Virus record (IMG/VR): IMGVR_UViG_3300032280_000320
Coordinates: 1-64,000 of that record
From: a virus
Lineage: Duplodnaviria; Caudoviricetes
Reading direction: 5' to 3' (one strand)
DNA: 64,000 bases
The first letter of the stretch is position 1, and every line of letters begins with the position of its first letter. Position numbers and translations under genes: made by a program. The notes under the pieces were generated by a model, which was not told the origin of the DNA, did no database searches, and worked only from the letters and a program-made list of their open reading frames with translations. Below, piece by piece: positions 16,964 to 28,510 of this stretch.

Positions 16964-19137
16964 TTGTTCCTCCTTATGACTGCCCCTGCAATTTGTGATG
17001 CAATGACCACTGGGACAATTACTTCTTGTGCTTTTTCTCTCTGATCATCCGTCATATCCATACCTAATTCAGAGAAATTAGATAATAGCTCTGTAACATC
17101 CACTTCAAATACTGCTCCAAGTGGGTCTGCTAAGAATGCTTCTGTCTGTACTTCTGTTGTTGCATCTGCTAATGTAAATGGCATTGGCGTGTCTCCTGCA
17201 TCCCCTGCTCTTTCTGCGAACTCAACGAATGCTGATGCTACTGCAGGATCTGACTTCATTGCCTCTGCTACCTTTGCAACTTCTGCTGCAGAAATACCAA
17301 GGTCTTTTGCAACCTCTAATTTGGCTTCTTGTGTTAAAGACTTAAGTGTTTGACTTACTGCTGCTGTTTGCTCTACAGAAAGTTTAACTAATTTATTATC
17401 CTTGCTTGTAAGGTTTGCAATAACTCCAGATAAATCTTCTGCATTTCCTGTACCCTTTTCTGGGATCAATGCTGCTAACTCTGCATCCTTTATAACTGGA
17501 TCAATATTTTCTGCTGGTTTAAAGTCTGGTCTTGGTAATGGTTTTGGCTCAGGCGCAGAAGGCTCTGGAGAAGGCTCTGGCTTTGGTTCAGGGCTTGGGG
17601 CAGGTGTAGGCTTAGGCTCTTCTGGCTTTGGCTTATCAGTAGGCTCTGGCTTTGGTTCTGGTTTAGGTCCAGGCTCTGTAGGCTTTGGTCCTGGCTGTGT
17701 AGGCTTTGGTCCTGGCTCTTCTGTGGCAGTATTGTTAGTTGGCTTTGGTTCTGGCTTCTCTGTTGGTGGTGGGGAAGGCTTTGGCTTTTCTGGTTCAACA
17801 GTTGGTTTTGGTTCTGGCTTAGGCTGGTTGGCTGCAGCAGCAGCGGCTGCCTGAGCAATTGCTCTTTGAATTTCTCTTTGTGACTGCTCATCATAGTAAC
17901 GCGATGCGTCATCAATTGCACTATTAACATCATTGACTGCATTATTAAAATTATTTATAGCATTATTCTTTTCAGACAAAGCATCTGCTGTATCATTTAC
18001 TGCGTTGTCATATTCAGATTCTTTATTAGTTAATGTTTGATTTAATGAATTTAGTGTTACAGTCTCTTGGTTATAAACATTTAATTTGTCATTATATTCT
18101 GACAAAGCATTGTTGTAGTCTTGTTGTGCTGAATTTCTTGTTGCAAGTGCTTCATTGTAAGCATCTGTTTGTGCTTGTGTTGGCCCAGAGCCAGAAGAAA
18201 ATGTATCAAGATTACAACTAAAGCTTTGTCCCCACACTCTTGGATTTCCAGCATAGTCGCAACCTGCACCCGTCCAACCTAAACTGCCAGATGAATCATA
18301 GGGTATTCCCCATCCAAGATGATAAGATCCTGGTCCTCCACCGTTGTACCACCAAATCTCTACATCAAATGTTTTATCTGTGGTTACATCATATATTGGA
18401 GAGTATTGACTCCATGTTGTTCCCTGTTCCTTCCAGTTATTAATGGCAAGGTTTCCATCAATATACATCCTAAAACCATCATCTGTGTAACCTGCAAATT
18501 TTGTTGATGTGAACCATTCTGGAACTGTTATCTGTCCAGTAAATTTAACTATAAAGTTTTCATATCTATTACCACAAACTGGAAGGCTCATATAGTTTGA
18601 GTTCCAGGTACCAGAACAAAGCACATATCCTGGGGTAGCAACATTACCCTCTCTAACAAGAGTATAAACAGTATATGCCAAACCTTCTCCTCCAGCACTC
18701 TGCATATTTGATTGCGCCGTTTGAAGGTTGATGTTGGCTATGCTGAGATCATCCTGTGCATCATTCTTATCTTGAAGAGCATCTTCTTTATTATCAAAGG
18801 CAAGTTCTACGTTTACAGTCTGGCCATCTACATTTGACTGTGCAAGATCTAATTCTTCTAAGGCTAGTTCTTCTGCTTCTACTGCATCTTCATAGGCTTC
18901 TTGAGCAGCATCTCTGACATCCCGCAGATTTTTAGCATACATGAACTTGTTCTCTGCTATGTCAATCATATTAATTAGACCATCTTTATAATCTAGCTTA
19001 TTTACCGCCGAATTTAAATTTTCAATTTTTTTTGCGGCTATTGTAAGCGGGTCATCGCTATAGGCTGGGGACATAAAAAGCCATCCAAATGCAAGCATTG
19101 TGGACGCTGTTATTCTAAATAATTTAACCCTTTTCAA
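16960..19137 (-). CDS. Secreted membrane-anchored PA14-domain protein with coiled coil and Pro-rich stalk
   Basis: Signal peptide; VKFTGQI..TDDGFRMYIDG..WYNGGG (PA14); PEPKP repeats; C-terminal hydrophobic anchor then RRNK. Confidence 0.85.
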   Translation of the reverse strand: MKRVKLFRITASTMLAFGWLFMSPAYSDDPLTIAAKKIENLNSAVNKLDYKDGLINMIDIAENKFMYAKNLRDVRDAAQEAYEDAVEAEELALEELDLAQSNVDGQTVNVELAFDNKEDALQDKNDAQDDLSIANINLQTAQSNMQSAGGEGLAYTVYTLVREGNVATPGYVLCSGTWNSNYMSLPVCGNRYENFIVKFTGQITVPEWFTSTKFAGYTDDGFRMYIDGNLAINNWKEQGTTWSQYSPIYDVTTDKTFDVEIWWYNGGGPGSYHLGWGIPYDSSGSLGWTGAGCDYAGNPRVWGQSFSCNLDTFSSGSGPTQAQTDAYNEALATRNSAQQDYNNALSEYNDKLNVYNQETVTLNSLNQTLTNKESEYDNAVNDTADALSEKNNAINNFNNAVNDVNSAIDDASRYYDEQSQREIQRAIAQAAAAAAANQPKPEPKPTVEPEKPKPSPPPTEKPEPKPTNNTATEEPGPKPTQPGPKPTEPGPKPEPKPEPTDKPKPEEPKPTPAPSPEPKPEPSPEPSAPEPKPLPRPDFKPAENIDPVIKDAELAALIPEKGTGNAEDLSGVIANLTSKDNKLVKLSVEQTAAVSQTLKSLTQEAKLEVAKDLGISAAEVAKVAEAMKSDPAVASAFVEFAERAGDAGDTPMPFTLADATTEVQTEAFLADPLGAVFEVDVTELLSNFSELGMDMTDDQREKAQEVIVPVVIASQIAGAVIRRNK
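17520..17830 (-). repeat. Pro/Glu/Lys-rich coding repeats (PKPE, PGPKPT)
   Basis: Recurrent GGCTTTGG/GGCTCTG units on the + strand. Confidence 0.85.
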
Positions 19138-19189
19138 CTATGGCTCCTACGCAAACAAGATGTCTGCTTAGTTAATTATACCACTTTAG

Positions 19190-19378
19190 TTATTTAGGAT
19201 TATCTGTTTTATAAAAGCCATTACCCTTAAACTGTATGCCGAATGGAGTGAAATGTCTTATCATTGGTGATTCACACTCTACGCATTCATATCCTGGGTC
19301 ATCTTCAACAATTGATCTTTGTACTGACATTGTCGCATGTGCATCATCTTCGCTGCACTTATACTCATAAACTGGCAC
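19190..19378 (-). CDS. FmdB-family zinc-ribbon protein
   Basis: MPVYEYKC...CVEC...FKGNGFYKTD. Confidence 0.88.
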   Translation of the reverse strand: MPVYEYKCSEDDAHATMSVQRSIVEDDPGYECVECESPMIRHFTPFGIQFKGNGFYKTDNPK

Positions 19379-20117
19379 TGTCTTCTCCTAAAATCTCTAG
19401 TACAACTTGGTGTATATTTGAATCATTTGTACCAAAGGATGTATTAGATATGAGTATATCAGTTACGCCCTGATTTTCCAACTGCTTAATCTGATTCTTT
19501 ATTTCTTCCTTGTTGCCAAATATAGTATTATTCTTTTCCTTGCCATTTGGCATTCCGTCATAAATAAACTTAGCATTGTCATCTACAATAGCTGAAAGCC
19601 TTACTATAGTTCTTTCGACCTGTGATCCAAGCTCATCAAATTTTGATAGGGTGACTATCTGCCCATCCCCAAGTTTTGCTACGCTTTCAGCAGTTTCCTT
19701 AGATGAACCACTAAAGAATATCTCTGGGCAATTTTTGTTTACAGACCTGAGTCTTTCAACAAACAGGGCGCTTTGCTTCTTCCTGTCTTCTATTGAAGTG
19801 GGGATACAAAACAATGCTTGATCATTGTCATGGGTGCCAGCTATTATGTTTAAAGATATTCTGCCTGGCTCAATCTCATTAAATGCATCTATCATCATAG
19901 AGCAATATGCTGCTGTTATTGCGTATGGCCTGATAGCAATCATATACTTAACTTTGTCTTCAGTATTAATTGCATGAGCAGCCTTTATCCAATAGTCTGA
20001 TTCATCTGAGTGGAATGTAAGTAGCATCGAATCATACTTATAAAAGTCTATTACCTTAGATAGGGTTTTTAAATCTTTAGGATTAAGATTGTTCTTGACC
20101 ATCCAATGGAATCTCAT
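19365..20117 (-). CDS. Luciferase-like (LLM class, SsuD-like) flavin monooxygenase, compact
   Basis: KYMIAIRP, GRISLNIIAG, IFFSGSS, IFGNKEEI..L...GVTDILI. Confidence 0.75.
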   Translation of the reverse strand: MRFHWMVKNNLNPKDLKTLSKVIDFYKYDSMLLTFHSDESDYWIKAAHAINTEDKVKYMIAIRPYAITAAYCSMMIDAFNEIEPGRISLNIIAGTHDNDQALFCIPTSIEDRKKQSALFVERLRSVNKNCPEIFFSGSSKETAESVAKLGDGQIVTLSKFDELGSQVERTIVRLSAIVDDNAKFIYDGMPNGKEKNNTIFGNKEEIKNQIKQLENQGVTDILISNTSFGTNDSNIHQVVLEILGEDSASL

Positions 20118-20317
20118 TCCCTACCCCACTTAACTTTGTTCCACCCACGCTCATGAAAATAATAAAGAACAGTTTTTGTGAATACTTCAAAGCTTGCAAT
20201 TGCTCCTGCTGTAACTGGCTCTTTAGTTATAACCCAAGATATAACAAAGGTGTCTGCTGTGCCAATAACACGCCATGTAATTGCCTTTAGTGCTGATCTA
20301 GATTTAGTTACTTTCAT
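20114..20317 (-). CDS. DUF2061 membrane protein
   Basis: RSALKAITWRVIGTADT...LYYFHERGW. Confidence 0.88.
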   Translation of the reverse strand: MKVTKSRSALKAITWRVIGTADTFVISWVITKEPVTAGAIASFEVFTKTVLYYFHERGWNKVKWGRE

Positions 20318-20379
20318 TTTCATCCTCTTCAAAATAAATCATAGCTTCTTTATCTGACCAATTATTAGTAAATAGTAAA

Positions 20380-21141
20380 TTAAATACCCAATTCTTTACG
20401 CTTCTGAGTAGCTGAAATAGCATGAATGTCTGCCCCCAAATCCACTTGCTCAATCTTATATCCTACATCACGACCATACACAATGTTAGTAATGTTAGGT
20501 AATCTTAATACTAATGCACCATCCATAAATTCATCTTTGGCAATATATTCTTTTACCTGATCAAACTTAAGTGGATCTTTCTCGCTTGTGTTATATGTGT
20601 TACGTACACCAAGAAGAACTTGATCTGTTCTCTTACCAGCTTCTTTATAAAGTGCGTGGTGTCCTTCATGCCAAGGCTGGTACCTTCCAAGCATTAGTGT
20701 TGTTGGTGCGGACCAGTCATGTAGATTAAAATACTTAATGATTACTGTTGCCTTTTGCTCGGCGTTTAATCTGTGGTCTTCAAATGTTGCATCAAAAATT
20801 TCAGGACGCTCAAACATTTTATTGGTATCTTCAAATCTTCCCTCTTCTATTGTATCCATAAAGATAAGAATGTCTGGCTTACCAAATGCTGCACGAGTTA
20901 ATTCTGTAGGACAAACAAAGTCAACTACTACTGGTGCTACTCCTTGCTTGGCAATTAATCTTGCCATTTCTCCCATGCGTCTTGCTTGCTCTATTCTATC
21001 TTCAGCACTAAAGCCTAGGTCAGAATTTACTGTTGCACGGACTTCATCTGCATTAAGATGTATTGCGTTAATTCTTTCTTTTAAAGCTTTTGCAAGCTCT
21101 GTCTTTCCAGAACCTGGGAGACCAATTATTTGAATAATCAT
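20380..21141 (-). CDS. cysC: Adenylylsulfate kinase fused to an HxGH nucleotidyltransferase domain
   Basis: GLPGSGKT P-loop, LNADEVR..DLGFS.EDR, FERP; C-terminal GRYQPWHEGH and ISAT..R. Confidence 0.85.
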   Translation of the reverse strand: MIIQIIGLPGSGKTELAKALKERINAIHLNADEVRATVNSDLGFSAEDRIEQARRMGEMARLIAKQGVAPVVVDFVCPTELTRAAFGKPDILIFMDTIEEGRFEDTNKMFERPEIFDATFEDHRLNAEQKATVIIKYFNLHDWSAPTTLMLGRYQPWHEGHHALYKEAGKRTDQVLLGVRNTYNTSEKDPLKFDQVKEYIAKDEFMDGALVLRLPNITNIVYGRDVGYKIEQVDLGADIHAISATQKRKELGI

Positions 21142-21159
21142 TTTAATCTTTCTGTTAAG

Positions 21160-21186
21160 TGGGTAGTTTTAGGACATACCCAGGTC
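21160..21186 (-). ncRNA. Putative compact H-type pseudoknot, copy 1
   Basis: GAC-CTGGGTAT-GTC-CTAAAAC-TACCCA; sister copy at 22856-22881. Confidence 0.55.
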
Positions 21187-21192
21187 TCACTG

Positions 21193-21609
21193 TTAGTTAA
21201 TTTTTAGAATTTTTGGTTGTTTTTCTTTTGGTAGATTTCTAACTACACGGATGTGCAACATGCCATCCTTTAGCTCTACACTAGAAACTTCCATGTATTC
21301 ACTTAGTTCAAAGATTCTTGTGAACTTACGTGCAGCGATTCCCTTGTGGACAACTTCTGCATCTGTTACCTCTGTAATTTCACCTGTGATCCAAAGACTT
21401 CCGTCTTCAATTGACACAGTCAGATCTTCTCTTGTGAATCCAGCAACTGCCAGCGTTAACTGATAGTTATCTTCGTCTAGCTTTAGCAAATCATATGGCG
21501 GGAATGCCGTATTGTTTACCTTACTAAGACTATTGAAACGCTCCAACTCTCTGTTGAAGCCAATAAAAAATGGATCCTTAAATAGATCCATAGCAAATTG
21601 TGTTACCAT
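21193..21609 (-). CDS. Hsp20 small heat-shock protein (IbpA-like)
   Basis: FPPYD, LAVAGF, HKGIAARKFTR.F.L, L.DGML.I. Confidence 0.95.
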   Translation of the reverse strand: MVTQFAMDLFKDPFFIGFNRELERFNSLSKVNNTAFPPYDLLKLDEDNYQLTLAVAGFTREDLTVSIEDGSLWITGEITEVTDAEVVHKGIAARKFTRIFELSEYMEVSSVELKDGMLHIRVVRNLPKEKQPKILKIN

Positions 21610-21633
21610 TTTATTCTCCTTTTAAGCAAGTAA

Positions 21634-21696
21634 TATGGTCACCCCCATTTGGCAGGTGACCATACTATTATACCATTTAGGTGACTAGGATTGCAA
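21634..21696 (-). promoter_or_regulatory. hsp20 promoter and 5'-leader hairpin
   Basis: TTGCAA-18-TATAAT; stem TATGGTCACC/GGTGACCATA. Confidence 0.7.
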
Positions 21697-22104
21697 CTAC
21701 TTTTTTGCTTTTGCCCTAGCCTTTGCTAATGCGTCAAAATCTTTTACTTTGGTATCTCCAAGATATCCCCAAGCATATCCCTCAGATATCATTTGTTCAT
21801 TAATTGAAACTGTTGATCCATCTAAATATACCCATCCAAGGATGCGGCCATATTTTTCTGAGCTGTCCATCTTTTCAGTTTTAATTACAACGCTTTTAGC
21901 ATCTTTAATCTTTGACTTAAGATATTCTTTTGACTCAAGACCAAGAACTTTTTCTGCTTTATCTGAAGTTCTGCTTTCTGGTGTATCAATTCCAGCAAGC
22001 CTTACTCTTGAGCTAAAAGATATACTAAATCCTAAATCGATGTCAGCATCAATAGTGTCTCCATCAACAACGTTTGTTACTTTTTTTACATAGTATTCAA
22101 ACAT
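21697..22104 (-). CDS. Thermonuclease (SNase-like)
   Basis: VVDGDTID, RVRLAGIDTPE, KYGRILG. Confidence 0.92.
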   Translation of the reverse strand: MFEYYVKKVTNVVDGDTIDADIDLGFSISFSSRVRLAGIDTPESRTSDKAEKVLGLESKEYLKSKIKDAKSVVIKTEKMDSSEKYGRILGWVYLDGSTVSINEQMISEGYAWGYLGDTKVKDFDALAKARAKAKK

Positions 22105-22727
22105 TACTTTGTTGTCTTTTTAGACGCCTTCTTAATGCCTTCTAATGTTGTTGTGTTTACTGTTTCAGTTTTTTTAGCTGCTGGCTTTTCTGCCTTTGGC
22201 TTTACTGCTACACCAAATGCTGGTCTTCCAAATCCTACTACTGCTACTGGCTGTGACTTGCGTAGCTTTGATCCGTTCTTCTTCTTGTATGCACGAACCT
22301 TTAAGCATGCCTCTCCACCATTTCGCTGGTCTCCCTTTTTATCTGAGCTGGTGTTTCCTTCTACACATGTTACTGTTCCGTCTCCATTGTCTTTTACAAC
22401 AATTCCAACGTGAGAAATTCTATCGACACCGTCTCCTGGGAAATCAAAATACAGGATATCTCCTGGCTGTGGTGTTGCTTCTTCTGCTTTCTGCCATGTA
22501 CCAGCTTTGATAAATGCTTGTGCTCCTGCTGGTGTGTAAACTGTATTAGGAATTTTTACGCCAGCCTCATTTCCGCACCACATAACAAAGCTTCCGCACC
22601 ATGGTTGAAAGTTTGCTTTAGCAAACTTGCCATACTTTGTTTCGTTATCCTTTGGTCCTTCAATGTATCCAACTTCTGCAAGAGCTACTTCTACTAGTCT
22701 TGCCGCTGATCCTTGTACTGCTGCCAT
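22104..22727 (-). CDS. CHAP-domain endolysin
   Basis: PWCGSFV, PQPGDI..FD, HVGIV, EGNT; basic C-terminal tail. Confidence 0.9.
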   Translation of the reverse strand: MAAVQGSAARLVEVALAEVGYIEGPKDNETKYGKFAKANFQPWCGSFVMWCGNEAGVKIPNTVYTPAGAQAFIKAGTWQKAEEATPQPGDILYFDFPGDGVDRISHVGIVVKDNGDGTVTCVEGNTSSDKKGDQRNGGEACLKVRAYKKKNGSKLRKSQPVAVVGFGRPAFGVAVKPKAEKPAAKKTETVNTTTLEGIKKASKKTTK

Positions 22728-22779
22728 TTTATTTCCTCCTAGAAAATTGATTACTTTAATTATACCATTTTTATATTTG

Positions 22780-22852
22780 TGTCCCCAGATGGGCTCGAAC
22801 CATCGACCCGCAGATTAAAAGTCTGCTGCTCTACCAGCTGAGCTATAGGAAC
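22780..22852 (-). tRNA. tRNA-Lys(TTT)
   Basis: GTTCCTA/TGGGGAC acceptor, GCAGA-CTTTTAA-TCTGC, TTCGA. Confidence 0.93.
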
Positions 22853-22855
22853 TTG

Positions 22856-22881
22856 GGGCAGTTTTAGTCATACCCAGGACT
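22856..22881 (-). ncRNA. Putative compact H-type pseudoknot, copy 2
   Basis: AGTC-CTGGGTAT-GACT-AAAAC-TGCCC, 3 nt before tRNA-Lys. Confidence 0.55.
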
Positions 22882-22885
22882 TTTA

Positions 22886-23020
22886 CTATCTGCGCTTGGC
22901 TAAACCAAAGGCCTTTTCTTTTGCATTACTGGCAGCCTGCTTAAACCCATAAGCATATGAGCCAATCATTAAGCCAATAATTGCTGTTGAATGTAATAGA
23001 TAAAACATTGCACTTCTCAT
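22886..23020 (-). CDS. Small single-TM protein (44 aa)
   Basis: MRSAMFYLLHSTAIIGLMIGSYAYGFK...; AAGGAG RBS. Confidence 0.55.
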   Translation of the reverse strand: MRSAMFYLLHSTAIIGLMIGSYAYGFKQAASNAKEKAFGLAKRR

Positions 23021-25488
<2,468 letters not shown>

Positions 25489-25489
25489 G

Positions 25490-25563
25490 TGCAACAGGTA
25501 GGACTCGAACCTACGATTACCGAATTATGAGTTCGGGGCTTTAACCAACTAAGCTACTGTTAC
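25490..25563 (-). tRNA. tRNA with CAT anticodon (Ile2 or elongator Met)
   Basis: GTAACAG/CTGTTGC, CCGAA-CTCATAA-TTCGG; paired 1:72 so not initiator. Confidence 0.9.
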
Positions 25564-25573
25564 CTAGTTGCAA

Positions 25574-25822
25574 TTATAGTATAATCTTATCGTTATTGTC
25601 AATGCTTTTTTCAACTATCTGCTGTACATACTCTGAAAAATGTTTTCTTATTTTTCCAGGAGGCCTTGATCCAATAGAGTTCCAAACTCTAGTGTATTCC
25701 ATTATATTGGCAAATGTAGTTGGGCATACAACTATGCCATTAAACTCTCTCAATACAGTTGGAAGCGGAACATGCTTGCCACAGCACTTGCACTCTTTAG
25801 CTTTATCTTGATATTCACTCAT
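25574..25822 (-). CDS. Small Cys-containing protein
   Basis: CKCCG..VCPTT; ATGA overlap with terminase. Confidence 0.7.
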   Translation of the reverse strand: MSEYQDKAKECKCCGKHVPLPTVLREFNGIVVCPTTFANIMEYTRVWNSIGSRPPGKIRKHFSEYVQQIVEKSIDNNDKIIL

Positions 25823-27618
25823 ATTATTTGCATCCTGTCCATTGCTTCTCTTAAATCCTGTGGCATTCTTGGTGCCCTGATCATATTAGTTGATGTTACA
25901 TCTGGGTTATCTCTACTAAAATCATCATGTATTGACATTGACTCATATGTATGAATGTTTATTTCATTGTTCATATCTGGCCTTGTCCTACTAATTGAAT
26001 TAAATATAGACCCACAGACTGCATCCGCCAAGTCTTTAGAACCTTTTCTTGGGTGATCAACCTTATCACGCATAATTTTTAACTGCAACAATTCATCAAT
26101 TAGAAGCGGTATATATGGACCATTAAGTCTTTCTTCTAAAACAACCATAGCCATATCGTCATAGTGCTTCTTAGCCACTGACAAAATTTCAGTATTGATT
26201 CCGTATTGCTTTAACTGCTGCATCATATCGTGAGAGTTCCAGCGGTCAAATGTACATACTCCTATATTAAACCCACGAGTTTTAAGTGCAAGTATATAGT
26301 CTCTAACCTCAGTAAAATCAACAGACTTATCAGGTGTAGGTGTCCAGTATCTAACTGCATCTACACTAACAATTGGTGCTGGCTGAGAGTACTCGTTTGT
26401 AACTCTAACATTAACCCATCTTTCAACATGTGCTAGTGAGACTGCACAATGGTCGTGCTTTTGTGCAAGGTCAACGTGTATAAAGTATCTTGTATCTTCT
26501 TTTGGCTTAAACCATTCTTCTAATCTACCAAAGCTATCTACAGCAAGAGCAGTATTATTAAATGCCTTCTCTACCTTTTCACGTGACTTAAAAAAAGCAT
26601 CTACCATCTCTGGTGGCATGCAAGCAAATCTACCAAGAGCATCCATTGAATTCTTGTAGAAGTCTACCTTAAAATCTTCAATTTTTTTAGTTGGGTTGAC
26701 TTCCCATGTTGGCCTTTTTAAAGCATATGTTTTAGGATACAGATAAGATATGATATGGTCTTCTTCCCAATCGATAGTTATCTCATTGCCATCAGTTCCG
26801 TCTGGAAGATCATCGTCCATCTTAAGAGTCTTTGTTCTAATAATAGTTTCTTTTTCTCCAATAACAGACTCATAGAATTTTTGTATTGGATCATTTTTGA
26901 AACGTGGGAACGAAAGTAAAATTACTTTTCCGTAGTCTGGGAAACGGGACATCACAGATGCACGGTACATGTCATATATAGCATCAGCTGTCTTAGCCTG
27001 GTCATGTCCTGTTGTATTTTCCATGGCAAAACCAGAGATCTCGTCAAGGATAACAGTTATAACGTTGTATCCTTCCCATGCTTCTCTTTGAGAGTGGCCT
27101 GAGTATACATTTACATTCTTATCAAATTTAATTTCAGATGCTTTAGGCTCATACTTTCCAGCAAACCATGGGGATAATTCAATTCTTGTCTTAAATCCTT
27201 TAAAGAAAACATTGTTCGCCTGCTGTGCGTTAATAGCAATATTAAGGATATCAATTGTGTCACCTGGTGGCTTACCATAATATGTTGCTGGATCTTTTAA
27301 ACATAACAATAAATACACTTGATATGCTACTGATATGGTAGCTGTGTAGTCCTTACCAGAACCTTTGCCTAGCTGGGCAATTACTTCATTGCATGTCTGC
27401 TTAAATCTCAGCTTGCCGTCTTCTTCTCCAAAAAGTTTTATTAGTGTAGACTCTTTGTATATTTGAGATGACTTTTCAATTAAAGTATACTGTAATTCGG
27501 ATAGTGGTGGCAGGGCTAAATAGTTTGGGTCAGTAACAAATGTTTGTAGGTCTACTGGACGCTCTTCAAATTCTTCTCCGTCAAGTATGTCAATTAAATC
27601 TGAAAAATCAAATGACAT
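25819..27618 (-). CDS. terL: Terminase large subunit
   Basis: Walker A LGKGSGKD, Walker B VILDE, LLSFP motif III, nuclease HVDLA, FDRWNS, VDHP..GSKDLADA. Confidence 0.93.
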   Translation of the reverse strand: MSFDFSDLIDILDGEEFEERPVDLQTFVTDPNYLALPPLSELQYTLIEKSSQIYKESTLIKLFGEEDGKLRFKQTCNEVIAQLGKGSGKDYTATISVAYQVYLLLCLKDPATYYGKPPGDTIDILNIAINAQQANNVFFKGFKTRIELSPWFAGKYEPKASEIKFDKNVNVYSGHSQREAWEGYNVITVILDEISGFAMENTTGHDQAKTADAIYDMYRASVMSRFPDYGKVILLSFPRFKNDPIQKFYESVIGEKETIIRTKTLKMDDDLPDGTDGNEITIDWEEDHIISYLYPKTYALKRPTWEVNPTKKIEDFKVDFYKNSMDALGRFACMPPEMVDAFFKSREKVEKAFNNTALAVDSFGRLEEWFKPKEDTRYFIHVDLAQKHDHCAVSLAHVERWVNVRVTNEYSQPAPIVSVDAVRYWTPTPDKSVDFTEVRDYILALKTRGFNIGVCTFDRWNSHDMMQQLKQYGINTEILSVAKKHYDDMAMVVLEERLNGPYIPLLIDELLQLKIMRDKVDHPRKGSKDLADAVCGSIFNSISRTRPDMNNEINIHTYESMSIHDDFSRDNPDVTSTNMIRAPRMPQDLREAMDRMQII

Positions 27619-28144
27619 CTGCGTCCTGAATTACTATTGCCTCCACTACACCAGTAATCTGGGAAAGCCTTTTTGCAACATCCATTTTACATTTAGGACA
27701 AGATGCGGTTGTTTCTTTTAATATACCAACCAATATTTCTTGCTTGCGTTCTGTCTCTGCAATTTGTGAAGCTATCTGCGTGTTCTCTAGAACTCCAACA
27801 GATTGAAGCATTGCTATTCTTTTAGTCTCTATGTCTGCAATTAGCTTTAAAGCTCCTGCTTTAACACTAAGCTGCCCGCTTTGATCTGCGTCTTCTACAG
27901 TCTTCCAGGCCTCTTTAATAAGCATTGCATAGTGCTGGTCAGCACCAGAGATTGCTTCTCTTGCTCTATCTCTTATATTAGAGTCATTGTGTACTACTGT
28001 CTTCCACTCATCAATAAACTCTAGGACTTCTTTTCTAGATAATCCTGTAGCTGTTGCTATCTGCGTGGCTGAATTGCCCTTGAGTAGTTCCTCAACGACT
28101 TTATTCATACGATCAAAATGTACTGCTGGCTCTATATCGCTCAT
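27608..28144 (-). CDS. Probable terminase small subunit (HTH)
   Basis: N-terminal HTH (SATQIATATGLSRKEV), helical body, directly upstream of terL; TTGCCA-17-TATAAT-6-ATG. Confidence 0.65.
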   Translation of the reverse strand: MSDIEPAVHFDRMNKVVEELLKGNSATQIATATGLSRKEVLEFIDEWKTVVHNDSNIRDRAREAISGADQHYAMLIKEAWKTVEDADQSGQLSVKAGALKLIADIETKRIAMLQSVGVLENTQIASQIAETERKQEILVGILKETTASCPKCKMDVAKRLSQITGVVEAIVIQDADVI

Positions 28145-28159
28145 GATACTATTATACTT

Positions 28160-28510
28160 CTAGTCGACTGAAATGGCAACCTGAGACATGGCTATTCTTA
28201 ATAGCACTAGGTATCCAATTAAATCATCAATATCATTATCCCCAGCATACCCCTGTGAGTTTTTAATTCTATTTAATTTATCATCAATACGAACCTTTAA
28301 CTGCTCTACTGAATCTGACTGTGCGAATAATCTCATGGGATTTAATGCTGAGTCTCCGTAGGAAACATTCTTTTTTATTAGCATCTCTGCTATCTCTAAA
28401 CACTCTGTAATTATTTTATGTCCAGATGGTGCATCAGTTGCTATTAATTGTAAGTCTGTCACCCACATTTGATACCCGTTATCTTTATTTGGATATGATA
28501 CAAATCCCAT
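28160..28510 (-). CDS. Nucleotide-modification-associated domain protein (DUF1599-like)
   Basis: KKN.SYGDS, VRIDDKLNRI, D.IDDLIGYLVL. Confidence 0.75.
   Translation of the reverse strand: MGFVSYPNKDNGYQMWVTDLQLIATDAPSGHKIITECLEIAEMLIKKNVSYGDSALNPMRLFAQSDSVEQLKVRIDDKLNRIKNSQGYAGDNDIDDLIGYLVLLRIAMSQVAISVD

Noticed and set aside
21160-22881. Calling the repeated pseudoknot a preQ1 riboswitch or tRNA-associated HDV-like ribozyme
   Set aside because: Lacks the preQ1-I loop consensus and que genes; lies 5' rather than 3' of the tRNA and is too short for a double pseudoknot.
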